A DNA stretch of 64,000 nucleotides from Octopus vulgaris (lineage: Eukaryota), in contig OX597838.1 in assembly GCA_951406725.2 (NCBI GenBank), forward strand, positions 25,792,001 to 25,856,000. Reading direction: 5' to 3'. The translations under genes and the position numbers were made by a program. This document shows positions 13,820-26,158 of the stretch, in pieces (position 1 is the stretch's first letter; every line of letters begins with the position of its first letter). The notes under the pieces are model-generated. The model was not told where the DNA came from and did not search any database. It was given only the letters and a program-made list of their open reading frames with translations.

Positions 13820-14119
13820 ACCATGACCGACCAGGCTATCAGATGTTGCTACACATCGCTGGTCACAATGCGCTTCGCATTGTTTTAGACTTCAAATGAC
13901 GCCACCCTACTGGCTAAGCGAGCAGGCCAACAGAAGAAAGAGTGAGAGAAAGTTTTGGCGAAAGAGTACAGCAGGGATCGCCACTACCCCCTGCCGGAGC
14001 CTCGTGGAGCTTTAGGTATTTTCGCTCAATAAACACTCATAACGCCCGGTCTGGGAATCGAAACTGCAATCCTACGACCGCAAGTCCGCTGCCCTAACCA
14101 TTGGGCCACTGCGCCTCCA
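13820..14119 (-). mobile_element. tRNA-derived SINE family C
   Basis: Head GGAGGCGCAGTGGCCCAATGGTTAGGGCAGCGG...TTCGATTCCC; copies at ~15608-15990 and 56470-56769. Confidence 0.8.
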
Positions 14120-14140
14120 TATATATATATATATATATAT

Positions 14141-14477
14141 GGAAGAAGGTTTGAAAATGCAATTTTAAAGATGTTTATTCACTTGACTGGTTTCACTTTT
14201 TTAGAAAAAGATTGTCAAAAGTAAAATGTAAAGCTTTGTATAAGCTTTGTTGTGTTAAGTACTGGTTGTCACAAAAGTATTAAAATACATATTATACATT
14301 TTCTTATTATTATCAAAGAATGTATATATGTATTTTTATACATCTGTGACAACCAGTACTTAATACAATAAAGCTTATACAAAGCTTTACATTTTACTTT
14401 TGACAATCTTTTTCCAAAAAAGCGAAACCAGTCAAGTGAATAAACATCTTTAAAATTGCATTTTCAAACCTTCTTCT
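14141..14477. repeat. Palindromic pLTR-like element with decayed hammerhead
   Basis: Arms 14141-14273 and 14345-14477 plus imperfect inner pairing; tactt-TTGACAA...GAAAC-CA-GTC-aagtg-AATAAA at 14395-14444. Confidence 0.8.
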
Positions 14478-14685
14478 ATATATATATCCACTCGTGCAGT
14501 ACATTACAACTTCACTTTGGTATATATATATATATATACATATATATATGTATATATATATATATATATATAGCTAAAGCCCATTCAGTAGAACAGTGTC
14601 TTCAAGTAAGTCAGTATGAAAAGTACACGTAAGCCTATGTTATCATAATACAACAGTATTACAAAAGCCTTAGAGTGCCTTTAGT

Positions 14686-14798
14686 AAATTAGAAGAGGTA
14701 CACCAAGGGAAGATGAAAGAGGCTAAATTGGCTTAAGTCCATTCCTGCTAAGCCAATTTAGCCTCTTTCATCTTCCCTTGGTGTACCTCTTCTAATTT
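14686..14798. repeat. Perfect 50-bp inverted repeat with 13-nt loop
   Basis: aaattagaagagg...ggctta / taagcc...tctaattt. Confidence 0.9.
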
Positions 14799-14820
14799 TA
14801 TATATATATACATATATATG

Positions 14821-15210
14821 CAGGCGCAGAAGTGGCTGTGTGATAAGTAGCTTGCTTACCAACCACATGGTTCTGGGTTCAGTCCTACTACGTGGCATTT
14901 TGGGCAAGTGTCTTCTGCTATAGCCTCGGGCCGACCAAAGCCTTGTGAGTGGATTTGGTAGATGGAAACTGAAAGAAGCCTGTCGTATATATGTATGTAT
15001 GTGTGTTTGTGTGTCTGTGTTTGTCCCCCTAGCATTGCTTGACAACCGATGCTGGTGTGTTTATGTCCCCGTTACTTAGCAGTTCGGCAAAAGAGACCAA
15101 TAGAATAAGTACTGGGCTTACAAAAAGAATGAGTCCCGGGGTTGAGTTGCTCGATTAAAGGCGGTGCTCCAGCATGGCCGCAGTCAAATGACTGAAACAA
15201 GTAAAAGAGT
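14821..15210 (+). mobile_element. tRNA-derived SINE family A (AGGAGTGGCTGTGTGGTAAG head)
   Basis: A/B-box-like head and conserved body. Other copies at ~13100-13450, 16298-16697, 24892-25272, 28123-28495(-), 37976-38402, 43104-43500. Confidence 0.85.
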
Positions 15211-15548
15211 ATATATATATGTTATAATAATAAAATCTCCTGTCGTTAGATGACATATGAGGATTCAGCAATTTCTTATCTAACAACCACTCAGATGATT
15301 TGTTTATAGTGATCAAATGTTTGTGTAGACATAAGCTCACTCCCTCCTTCAAATTGACATTACCTGTACAGGTGCTATGGGTGCCAGATGTGAGATGATG
15401 AATTGATCACAGAACAATGTGAAATGAAGCACTTTGCTCAAGAATATAATGCAATGCCTGCTCTGGGACTCAAACTCACAATCTCGCAATCGTAATTGCA
15501 ACACCCTAACCACTAAGCCATGCGCCTTCATATACATATATATATATG

Positions 15549-15597
<49 letters not shown>

Positions 15598-18154
15598 GTA
15601 TATATATTACGATACTCTGTCAGTTACGACAATGAGGGTTCCAGTTGATCCGATCAATGGAACAGCCTGCTTGTGAAATTAACGTGCAAGTGGCTGAGTA
15701 CTCCACAGACACGTGTACCCTTAATGTAGTTCTCGGGGAGATTCAGTGTGACACAGATTATGACAAGGCTGGCCCTCTGAAATACAGGTACAACAGAAAC
15801 AGGAAGAAAGAGTAAGAGAAAGTTGTGGTGAAAGAGTACAGCAGGGTTCGCCACCACCTCCTGACGGGGCCTCGTGAAGCTTTAGGTGTTTTCGCTCAAT
15901 AAACACTCACAATGCCTGGTCTGGGAATTGAAACCAGGATCCTACGACCACAAGTCCACTGCCCTAACCACTGGGCAATTGTGCCTCCACTGTATATATA
16001 AATACATACACACACACATACGCACACCCACGCACATATACAGATGTATACATGTCACACTTGAGCTGTTTTGCCAATTAAACACGCACTATTTATTTGA
16101 ACTTCACTTTGCCTTTTATTTGCATTATTCTAGTTTATATGTTTCTCAAACTTCTTTCATTATATATTCTGTTATATATTATATATATATCTATATATAT
16201 ATATTTATAGAGAGATAATGTACTATTCCATGATGGTAAGATCAATAAAAAATGTATGCCATCTGGTGAGAGATAAATAAATTTTTAATAGACACAATAG
16301 GAGCAAGAGTGGCTCTGTGGTAAGTAGCTAGCTTACCAACCACATGGTTCCGGGTTCAGTCCCACTGTGTGGCATCTTGGGCAAGTGTCTTCTACTATAA
16401 CCTTGGGGCCAACCAAAGCTTTGTGAGTGGATTTGGTAGATGGAAACTGAAAGAAGCCTGATGTATATATATATGTGTGTGTGTGTATGTGTACATGTTT
16501 GTGTTTGTCCCCCTACCATCGCTTGCCAACTAATGTTGGTGTGTTTATGACCCCGTAACTTAGCAGTTCGGCGAAAGAGGCCAATAGGATAAGTACTAGG
16601 CCTACAATGAATAAGTCCTGGGGTCAATTTGTTTGACTAAAAGTGGTACTCCAGCATGGCCACAGTCAAGTGACTGAAACAAGTAAAAGAGTAAGAGAAT
16701 ACATGTTTTTAGTAGCACATGAAAACATGTATTGTGTCCGTTCTATATCCATCGAATGTAAATAATGTAAATAAAGTAAGGCAGTACTGGCATGTAATTA
16801 ATGTACATAATTCCTCATCTCTTAAATATAGAACTGTATTATCTAATCAGTACGGAGCCGACATTAGACTTCAGTGGAGACATAGAGAAACTCCATCGGA
16901 AACTAGCTAAGTATTAACAACAAACAAGATGAGAACAAATATCCGTCGAATGTAAATAATGTATGTATTGTGTCTATTAAATAATATATATATTCTTTCA
17001 TTTGTTTCAGTCATTTGACTGCGACCATGCTGGAGCACCGCCTTTAGTTGAGCAAATCAACCCCAGGACTTATTCTTTGTAAACCTAGTACTTATTCTAT
17101 CGGTCTCTTTTACATTATGGGGATGTAAACACACCAGCATCGGTTGTCAAGCAATGTTGTGGGGACAAAGGGGGTAGCACTCCATCGGTTACGATGACGA
17201 GGGTCCCAGCTGATACGATCAACGGAACAGCTTGCTCGTGGAATTAATGTGCAAGTGACTGAGCAATCCACAGACACGAGTACCCTTAACGTAGTTCTCA
17301 GGGAGATTCAGCATGACACAGAGTGTGACAAGGCCGGCCCTTTGAAATACAGGTACAACTCATTTTTGCCAGCTGAGTGGACTGGAGCAACGTGAAATAA
17401 AGTGTCTTGCTCAAGGACACAATGCATCGCTGGGAATCGAACTCATGACCTTACAATCGTCAGTCGAATGCCCTGACCACTAAGCCACGCGCCTTCACAA
17501 ACAGAAACACACAAATACACACACATATATATATACATATAAGCTTCTTACCATACAGCCACTCCTTGAAGAATAATTTTTTTTTGTTTTTAAATGAACA
17601 TAAAATAATTATGAACAGTTAACAACAGATGTTCTAACAACCTGATGTCATGAGAATAGAGACCAGTGGCCCACAGCTGTTAACATTCTTTCACTGAGTA
17701 AACCACTTTGTTGCAGTGTTATGTGAAATTATCAGAATCAATTATACTTGACAGAAGGTCAACTACTACTTTGAATAACAATGATTTCAAATTTTGGCAC
17801 AAGGCCAGCTATTTGGGGGGGGGGAGTAAGTCAATTACAATGACCCCCAATGCTGCTCAATTTCATGTAAGGGAATTTGGTAGACAGAAACTGCAGGAAG
17901 GCCTTTTCTCTCTCTCTCTCTCTCTCAATATGTGTGTATATATATATATATCTCATCATTATTATCGTTTAATGTCTGCTTTCCATGCTGGCATGGGTTG
18001 GACGGTTTGATTGAGGACTGGTGAGCCAGATGGCTGCACCAGGTTCCAATCTGATCTGACAGAGTTTCTACAGCTGGATGCCTTTTCTAACACCAACCAC
18101 TCTGAGAGTGTAGTGGATGCTTTTTACATGCCACTGGCACAAGGGCCAGTCAGG

Positions 18155-18187
<33 letters not shown>

Positions 18188-18472
18188 CACAGGTGAAGCT
18201 ATGTGGTAAGAAGCTTGCTTCCCAACCACATGGTTCTGGGTTCAGTCCCACTGTGTGGCACCTTGGGCAAGTGTCTTCTACTACAGCCTCAGGTGGAGTG
18301 AATTGCATCGTGGTGCTGTTTTACTCAAAGGCGGTACCCAATTGACTGTACTATACTGTGTTGTCAACAAAATCAAAAACAATGTACATGCACAGCATTA
18401 AAAATATAAAATGGAGACAATTTACCCATCGCATCCTGTATACACACACACACACACACACATACACACACT

Positions 18473-18674
18473 GAAGCGGGTGATGAAAAGTTCCTGGCTT
18501 TGGGTATAAGAAAGTACAAGAGGATCAGTTAATTATGATTTCATTTGACATATTCTCCTCTCAGATATTGCAGCAATCCAAATTTTTTCTAAGCCCTGTA
18601 AGAGAACTCGGAAAGATGGACTTCCAATCAGGCTTTTGTGATAGCTTTAAAGCCAGGAACTTTTCAGCACCCCA
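18473..18674. mobile_element. Mariner-derived MITE
   Basis: TIR GGGTG(A/C)TGAAAAGTTCCTGGCTTT; related copy at ~25305-25510 and fragment at ~56780. Confidence 0.65.
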
Positions 18675-18678
18675 TCAT

Positions 18679-18714
<36 letters not shown>

Positions 18715-19465
18715 ATTGTATACACATGGTGTCCGCTTGTGCGAAAGTACACAATGGGTTGCCTTGTACTATTTCTTTTTATCTCTTGGCGTCCTGAGTT
18801 CAAATCCTACTGTGGCCTACTTGGGTGGTAAACTTAGTCCATTGTCCAGTGGAACAACACCACCTGACATCTTGGGCACCTTTAGTAGAGTCCACTCTGA
18901 TGCAAGCATCCAGACCATGTTTGCAGTTTGAGGATGCCCCCTCCATCATTTTCACTTCTCTTGGAGGTCCTGTAAAGGGTCATAAGCAATGCTTTTTTCC
19001 CAGCCACTATTCCTGGGAAGGGGTGGGGTTCATGGAGGTAAAATCCTCAGGTATCTCCTATATAAAGCCTTCTCAGAAGCTAATCATCTCCAGATTTTCT
19101 GGCTGGATTCCAAAACCTAACAAACTGAGACTATGGATGTTATCCAACCTTGATCCAGTTCTAGGCAACATCAAAATTCATGAAATAATAATGGAAAATC
19201 TATTTTACTAAACACTTCATTATTTTAAAAATTAAATTAATCAAAATCTATGTAAATTCAACAGAAACTTGATAACAAATGGGTTAAAAGGAGTGAGGTG
19301 ACCTCACTAGTGCTGGAGCCATGAAAAAGGCACCCAAGACAGTCCTTAAAGTGGATGGCATTAAGAAGGGCATCCAGTCATAGGGGACATATGAAAGCAA
19401 GCATTAGAGCATGACATCACCCTATGATTAGTCAGGTCCCACTGAACCATCCGAACTGTGCCTAC

Positions 19466-19544
19466 CAACGCCACCAACAGCCACTCCCACCGTCACCACC
19501 AAATTGATAGTGAAGAAAAAGTTTTGATGAGGATTGAAGCTTTC
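19466..19544 (-). CDS. Candidate exon beginning a transmembrane segment
   Basis: ttttctctctgttatgtag|ESFNPHQNFFFTINLVVTVGVAVGGV|gtaggc; phase compatible with 23005-23113. Confidence 0.3.
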
Positions 19545-20153
19545 CTACATAACAGAGAGAAAATGCTGTTTGTCCATTAACAGGGCATGATCAAGAATTT
19601 CTCAAATATCAGTGAGAGAAATGGGGATACTTCAGGAATCAGTATGTGTGCCCATTATTTTTGTAATGTCAGCATTGAACGTTAAGGACAAACTTATGAA
19701 TATACTTTGGACAGACAAAATTATGATAATAGAAAGGTTAATTTAAATGCGTATCCTCTAAAAGTCAAGGTTTTGTTGCTCTGATCCAGGTGTGGTCTCA
19801 GGTAAGTTTACATTGAAAAGGTTAGAATAATGAAAATATACTTTAAAATATGTCAATACAGTATATGAGAACAATGAAAATATATAAAATGAGGTCAGAA
19901 ACACACACTTTACGTGAAATATAAATTAAATTACTTAGCAAAGATATCAGGATCTTTCTTCTTTCTGAAAGAAATATTAGGTGTAGGCATGGTTGCGTGG
20001 TAAGAAGTTTGGTTCTCAACCACATGATTCTGGGTTCAGTCCAACTGTGTGGCACCTTGGGCAAGTGTCTTTCACTATAGCCCCTGGGTCAACAAAAACC
20101 TTGTGAGTGGATTTGGTAAATGGAAACTGAAAGAGCCTATCATATATATATAT

Positions 20154-22729
20154 CATCATCATCATCATCATCGTTTAACGTCCGCTTTCCATGCTAGCAT
20201 GGGTTGGACGGTTCAACTGGGGTCTGGCAAGCCCAAAGGCTGCACCAGGCCAGTCAGATCTGGCAGTGTTTCTACAGCTGGATGCCTTTCCTAACGCCAA
20301 CCACTCCGAGAGTGTAGTTGGTGATTTTATGTGCCACTGACACAGGTGCCAGACGAGGCTGGCAGACGGCCACGCTCGGATGGTGTTTTTTTATGTGCCA
20401 CCGACACAGGTGCCAGACGAGGCTGGCAGACAGCCACGCTCGGATGGTGTTTTCTTATGTGCCACCGACACAGGTGCCAGACGAGGCTGGCAAATGGCCA
20501 TGCTCGGATGGTGTTTGTTACGTGCCCACAGCACGGAGGCCAGTCGATGCGGTACTGGCTATGGTCCCGTTCGGATGGTTTTCTTATGTGCCACCGGCAC
20601 TGGTACCACAAGGATACAAATTCCATTGATGTTCATCTATTTTGATTTGGTTTGATTTGATTTGATTTTCACTTGCCTCAACAGGTCTTCACAAGTGTCA
20701 CAAGAAGGAAGGTATGCACAGGTGGACTGACTACGTCCCAGGTAGGGGCCACGGGTTATGGCTTCACTAGTCTTGCCGGGTCTTCTCACGTACAGCTTAC
20801 TTCCATAGGTCTCGGTCTCTAGTCATTTCCATGGTGAGACCTAACGTTCGAAGGTCGTGCTTCACCACCTCGTCCCAGGTTTTCCTGGGTCTACCTCTTC
20901 CACGGGTTCCCTCAACTGCTAGGGATTGGCACTTTCTCACACACCTATCTTCATCCATTCTCGCCACATGACCATACCAGCGCAATCGTCTCTCTTGCAC
21001 ACCACAACTGATGCTTCTTAGGTACATTTCTCTCAAGGAACTAACGCTCTGTCGAGTAAGTACACTGACATTACACATCCATCGGAGCATACTGGCTTCA
21101 TTCCTCATGAGCTTACGCATGTCCTCAGCAGTCACAGCCCATGTTTCACTGCCATGTAGCATGGCAGTTCGTACACATGCATCATACAGTCTGCCTTTTA
21201 CTCCGAGCGAGAGGCCTTTAGTCACCAGCAGAGGTAAGAGCTCCCTAAACTTTGCCCAGGCTATTCTTATTCTAGCAGTTACACTCTCAGCGCACCCACC
21301 CCCACTACTGACTTGGTCACCTAGATAACGGAAGCTATCAACTACTTCTAGTTTTTCCCCCTGGAAAGTGACGGAAGTTGTTTTCTGCAGATTTTCGGAG
21401 GTCACTGCTCCCGAGCATCTGCCACATACAAAAACTATCTTCCCAGTTAGCCTACCTTTGACATTGCTGCACCTCTTATGTGTCCATAGCTTACACTGGG
21501 TACATCTTATAGAGTTTCTACCTACACCTTTTCTACAGATCGAGCAGGGCCATCTTCCTGAGGACATTTGTGGATTGTCTACCTTTCTACTTATTAGTAC
21601 TTTGGTTTTAGCTAGGTTGACTCTAAGGCCCCTCGATTCTAAACCCTCCTTCCACACCTGGAACTTCTCCTCCAGTTCTGATAGTGACTCAGCAATTAGA
21701 GCGAGGTCGTCAGCATAGAGGAGCTCCCAGGGGCAACCTGTCTTGAATTCCTCCACAATTGCCTGGAGGACTATGATAAATAGGAGGGGGCTGAGTACTG
21801 AACCCTGGTGGACCCCAACCGTTACTTTGAATTCTTCTGTGTACATGTTGCCAACCCTAACCTTACTTACGGCATCTCTGTACATAGCTTGCACAGCCCT
21901 CACCAGCCATTCATCTATCCCTAGTTTCCTCATTGACCACCAGATGAGGGATCGGGGGACCCTGTCAAAGGCTTTCTCCATGTCAACGAAAGCCAGGTAC
22001 AGGGGCTTGTCTTTGGCTAGGTATTTCTCCTGCAGCTGCCTTACCAGGAATATAGCATCAGTGGTGCTTTTCCCTGGCACGAACCCAAACTGCATCTCAT
22101 CTAAACTAACTCTCTCTAATTAGTTGGGCTATGACCCTCTCCGTAACCTTCATTACCTGATCCAGCAGCTTGATACCTCTGTAATTATTTGTATCTAGGG
22201 CATCACCTTTACCTTTGTAGCATTAACTAGTATGCTGCTACACCAGTCATTGGGTATGACTCCTTCGTGTATCACCTGGTTGACTATACGGGTGACTAGG
22301 TTATAGCCAACACTGCCAGATATTTTGAGCATCTCTGCAGTAATTCCTGATGGGCCTGGGGCTTTCCCTGTCTTCATGCTTCTAATTGCCTTAGCTACCA
22401 CGGAACTATCAACTCGGATAGCTGGTCCCTCTGTTGGGTCAACATTCGGCAGACTCTCTTTATCCCATTCATTTTCTTTATTCAGCAACCTTTCATAGTG
22501 GCATCTCCAAACCTCTCTCTTTGCATCCTCATTTAGCGCAAGTGAACCATCATCCAATGCGAACACACTTCTCTCCTACCACATCACGATTCTCTCTCAC
22601 ACACTGTCTTGCAACACGAAATACCTCAAGTCTTTCATCCTCACGGCTCAGAACATTGGCAAATTTTTTCTTATCCGCTTCCCCTCTGGCTAAATAAACC
22701 TGTCTCCTAGCTTCCCTTCTGGCTGTCTG
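20154..22729 (-). mobile_element. RTE-clade LINE, 5'-truncated, RT with embedded PHD finger, a few frameshifts
   Basis: ORF 20797-22095 has QFGF, FVDMEKAFD, GVHQGSVLSP, YADD and RLRWYGHV..RGRGRPRKTW. Upstream ORF pieces 22195-22700 (KTGKAPGPSG) are in shifted frames. The 3' UTR has 63-bp repeats and a (GAT)n tail at ~20154-20172. Confidence 0.93.
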
Positions 22730-23004
22730 ATATATATATATATATATATATATATGGCCCAGTGGTTAGATTGTTGGGCTCACAATCTTGAGATAGTGAG
22801 TTTGATTTCTGGACTGGGCAGTGTGTTGAGTTCTTGAGCAAGACACTTCATTTCACGTTGCTCCAGTTAACTCAGCTGTACTAATGAGTTGTGATGTCAC
22901 TGGTGCCCCAGCATGGCTGCTGCTCCAGTGACTGAAACAAGGAAGTGTGTGAATGATAACAGATAAAAGACAAACAAAAAAGTTAACAGAATGGATTAAA
23001 ATAC

Positions 23005-23113
23005 ATTTTGATGAGGAGCAATGGTAGTGGTGGCGGTGGCTGTGGTGGGGGTCGTGGTGGAAGTACTTTGAGAATACATGGGGAATTCTGCGCTGGTCGT
23101 TGGTCGCCTAGTG
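23005..23113 (-). CDS. Candidate Thr-rich (mucin-stalk-like) exon
   Basis: tgtttttacgtcag|TRRPTTSAEFPMYSQSTSTTTPTTATATTTIAPHQN|gtattt. Confidence 0.3.
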
Positions 23114-23184
23114 CTGACGTAAAAACAACAGGCAGGAAGGATAGCAAGCACGTTTAGACACTGACCAGTAAGCAGACAGACTGA

Positions 23185-24360
23185 TAAATGTTGTAGTGGT
23201 GGCGGCGGTGATAATTATGATAATAGTGGTGGTGCTGATAATTATGATGATGATGATAGTGGTGGTGATAATGGTAGTGGCAGTAGTGGTGGTGGTGGTG
23301 GTGATAATTATGATGATGATGATAGTGGTGGTGATAATGGTAGTGGCAGTAGTGGTGGTGGTGGTGGTGATAATTATGATGATGATGATAGTGGTGGTGA
23401 TAATGGTAGTGGCAGTAGTGGTGGTGGTGGTGGTGGTGATAATTATGATGATGATGATAGTGGTGGTGATAATGGTAGTGGCAGTAGTGGTGGTGGTGGT
23501 GGTGGTGATAATTATGATGATGATGATAGTGGTGGTGATAATGGTAGTGGCAGTAGTGGTGGTGGTGATAATTATGATGATGATGATAGTGGTGGTGATA
23601 ATGGTAGTGGCAGTAGTGGTGGTGGTGGTGGTGATAATTATGATGATGATGATAGTGGTGGTGATAATGGTAGTGGCAGTAGTGGTGGTGGTGGTGGTGG
23701 TGATAATTATGATGATGATAATAGTGGTAGTTGTAGTGGTGGTGATAATGGTGGAGGCATTAGTGGTGGTGGTGGTGGTGATAATTATGATGATAATGGT
23801 AGTGGCAGTAGTGGTGGTGGTGGTGGTGATAATTATGATGATGATGATAGTGGTGGTGATAATGGTAGTGGCAGTAGTGGTGGTGGTGGTGGTGATAATT
23901 ATGATGATGATAATAGTGGTAGTTGTAGTGGTGGTGATAATGGTGGAGGCATTAGTGGTGGTGGTGGTGGTGGTGATAATTATGATGATGATGATAATGG
24001 TGGTGATAATGGTAGTGGCGGTAGTGGTGGTGGTTGTGATGATGAAAGTGGGAATGCTGGTAGTGGTGATAATTATGATGATGATAATAGTGGTAGTTGT
24101 AGTGGTGGTGATATTGGTGGAGGCATTAGTGGTGGTGGTGGTGGTGAAAATTATGATGATGAAAGTGGGAATGCTGGTGGTGGTGATAATGGTAGTGGCG
24201 GTGGTGGTTGTGACGATGGAAGTGGGAATGGTGGTGGTGATAATTATGACGCTGATGATGGTAGTGGCAGTGGCGATGATAATTATGTTGCTGCTGCTGC
24301 TGGTGATGATGATGGTGATAGTGGTGGCAAGAATGATGAACGTGGTGGAGGTGGTTGCAC
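23185..24360. repeat. GTG/GAT trinucleotide-based minisatellite (~54-63 bp units)
   Basis: Repeated gtggtggtgataattatgatgatgatgatagtggtggtgataatggtagtggcagta. Confidence 0.92.
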
Positions 24361-24582
24361 AAGCATGAAACTGATATATTTGTTCTGAAGCAAAGAAAGA
24401 TGAGTTGGTAGAATTATTAGGGAGGTAGATGGTAAGCAGCTTGCTTACCAACCACATGGCTCTGGGTTCATTCCCACTGCATGGCATCTTAGGCAAGTGT
24501 CTTCTGCTATAGCCTTGGGCCAACCAAAGCCTAGTGAGTGGATTTGGTAGACGGAAATTGAAAGAAGCCCATCGAATATATG

Positions 24583-24629
<47 letters not shown>

Positions 24630-26158
24630 TGCTCTTTATGTGCCACTGGCACAGGTATCACAACTACAATTGCCATTTGATATTTCTTTTGATGTTGATG
24701 TACTTGACTCAATAGCTCTCCTCAAGCACAGCAGGTCATCCTATGATCCAAGGTAAGCACAGCAGGTCATTCTGCAATCCAAGGTACTTTGGATGGGCTG
24801 GGGCTGTGCAAAACCGGTGCAGGAAACAGCCGTGAACTAACATTATTTGTCGGGTCTTTGCAGTCACAACATATCTCAAGAGATCTCGATATAGGCGCAG
24901 GAGTGGCTGTATGGTAAGTAGCTTGCTAACCAACCACATGGTTCCGGGTTCAGTCCCACTGCGTGGCATCTTGGGCAAGTGTCTTCTGCTATAGCCCTGG
25001 GCCGACCAATGCCTTGTGAGTGGATTTGGTAGACGGAAACTGAAAGAAGCCTGTCGTATATATGTATATATATATGTATGTGTTTGTCCCCCTAGCATTG
25101 CTTGACAACCGATGCTGGTGTGCTTACGTCCCTGTCACTTAGCGGTTTGGCAAAAAGAGACAGATAGAATAAGTACTGGGCTTACAAAGAATAAGTCCCG
25201 GGGTCGATTTGCTCGACTAAAGGCGGTGCTCCAGCATGGCCGCAGTCAAATGACTGAAACAAATAAAAGAGTAAATATATATATATATACACACACACAC
25301 TCACATGAAGGACTGCTGAAGAGTTCCTGACTTTAAGGGTGCCTGGTTGGAACCCAGCCTTCCAAGTTCTTTTACAGGGCTTAGAAAAACTGAAGGACTG
25401 TAGTAATGAGTGTGCGAATCTGAGTGGGGAATATGTTGAATAAAATCCTAATTAACTGATAATCCTGTATTTTCTTTTATCCAAAGCCAAAAGCTTTGCA
25501 GTACACCCACGCAGATAAACTTTGAAAACAAAAAGAAAAAAAGAAGCAACAAAGCCATTGGATGAATAATTGTGCTTGTAAGCCAAAACCCCAGTCGTAT
25601 CTCATTGACATGTGATACAAAAATTAGGTTGAGAGTGAGAAATACTCAGTGGACATACAAGATCGGTATCAATTGAATATCCTTGTTGAAAGTGACGGAT
25701 GGACACGTCACCATGACAAGGTGAGCAACAGGTTATGCGTTTTTAAGGTCACTCAACTCGGTAGAAATAGCAGCTAAATCGCCTTTAAATTATATCTCAG
25801 TCTTAAATAATGAAAAGACAGATAATACAGTTGTTCTCGATACTTCTTCGAAACATAAGATGTTTATGGTTGATCACATGTCTGTACTGTCTCGGTTGAC
25901 CTGGGCCTAAACAACAAAAACGACCAAACATTTCAAGTATGAATCAGGGCATAGCTTCGTTTTTGAGACCGCTTGAATGGCATAAGATCGCCTGAATCAG
26001 TGCACGACTGAACACACCCACACAAACACACACTTTCTCACTCTCTTTCACACCCTTTTTCTATTTCTCTCTCGCACACACGTGTATGACGAACGCTCGC
26101 AGGTCAAAAACATCAAAGTCACTGTCACCCTTGTAAAAGTTTAATAAACACATCCCTC

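Noticed and set aside
23108-24712. 534-aa and 390-aa ORFs (poly-T/I, poly-V/M)
   Set aside because: They are translations of a trinucleotide minisatellite plus SINE and (TA)n sequence, open on both strands, with no domain.
25600-25735. Cys-rich minus-strand frame (CCSPCH...CP...CITC) as a missing exon
   Set aside because: Bounded by stops with no AG acceptor in frame.
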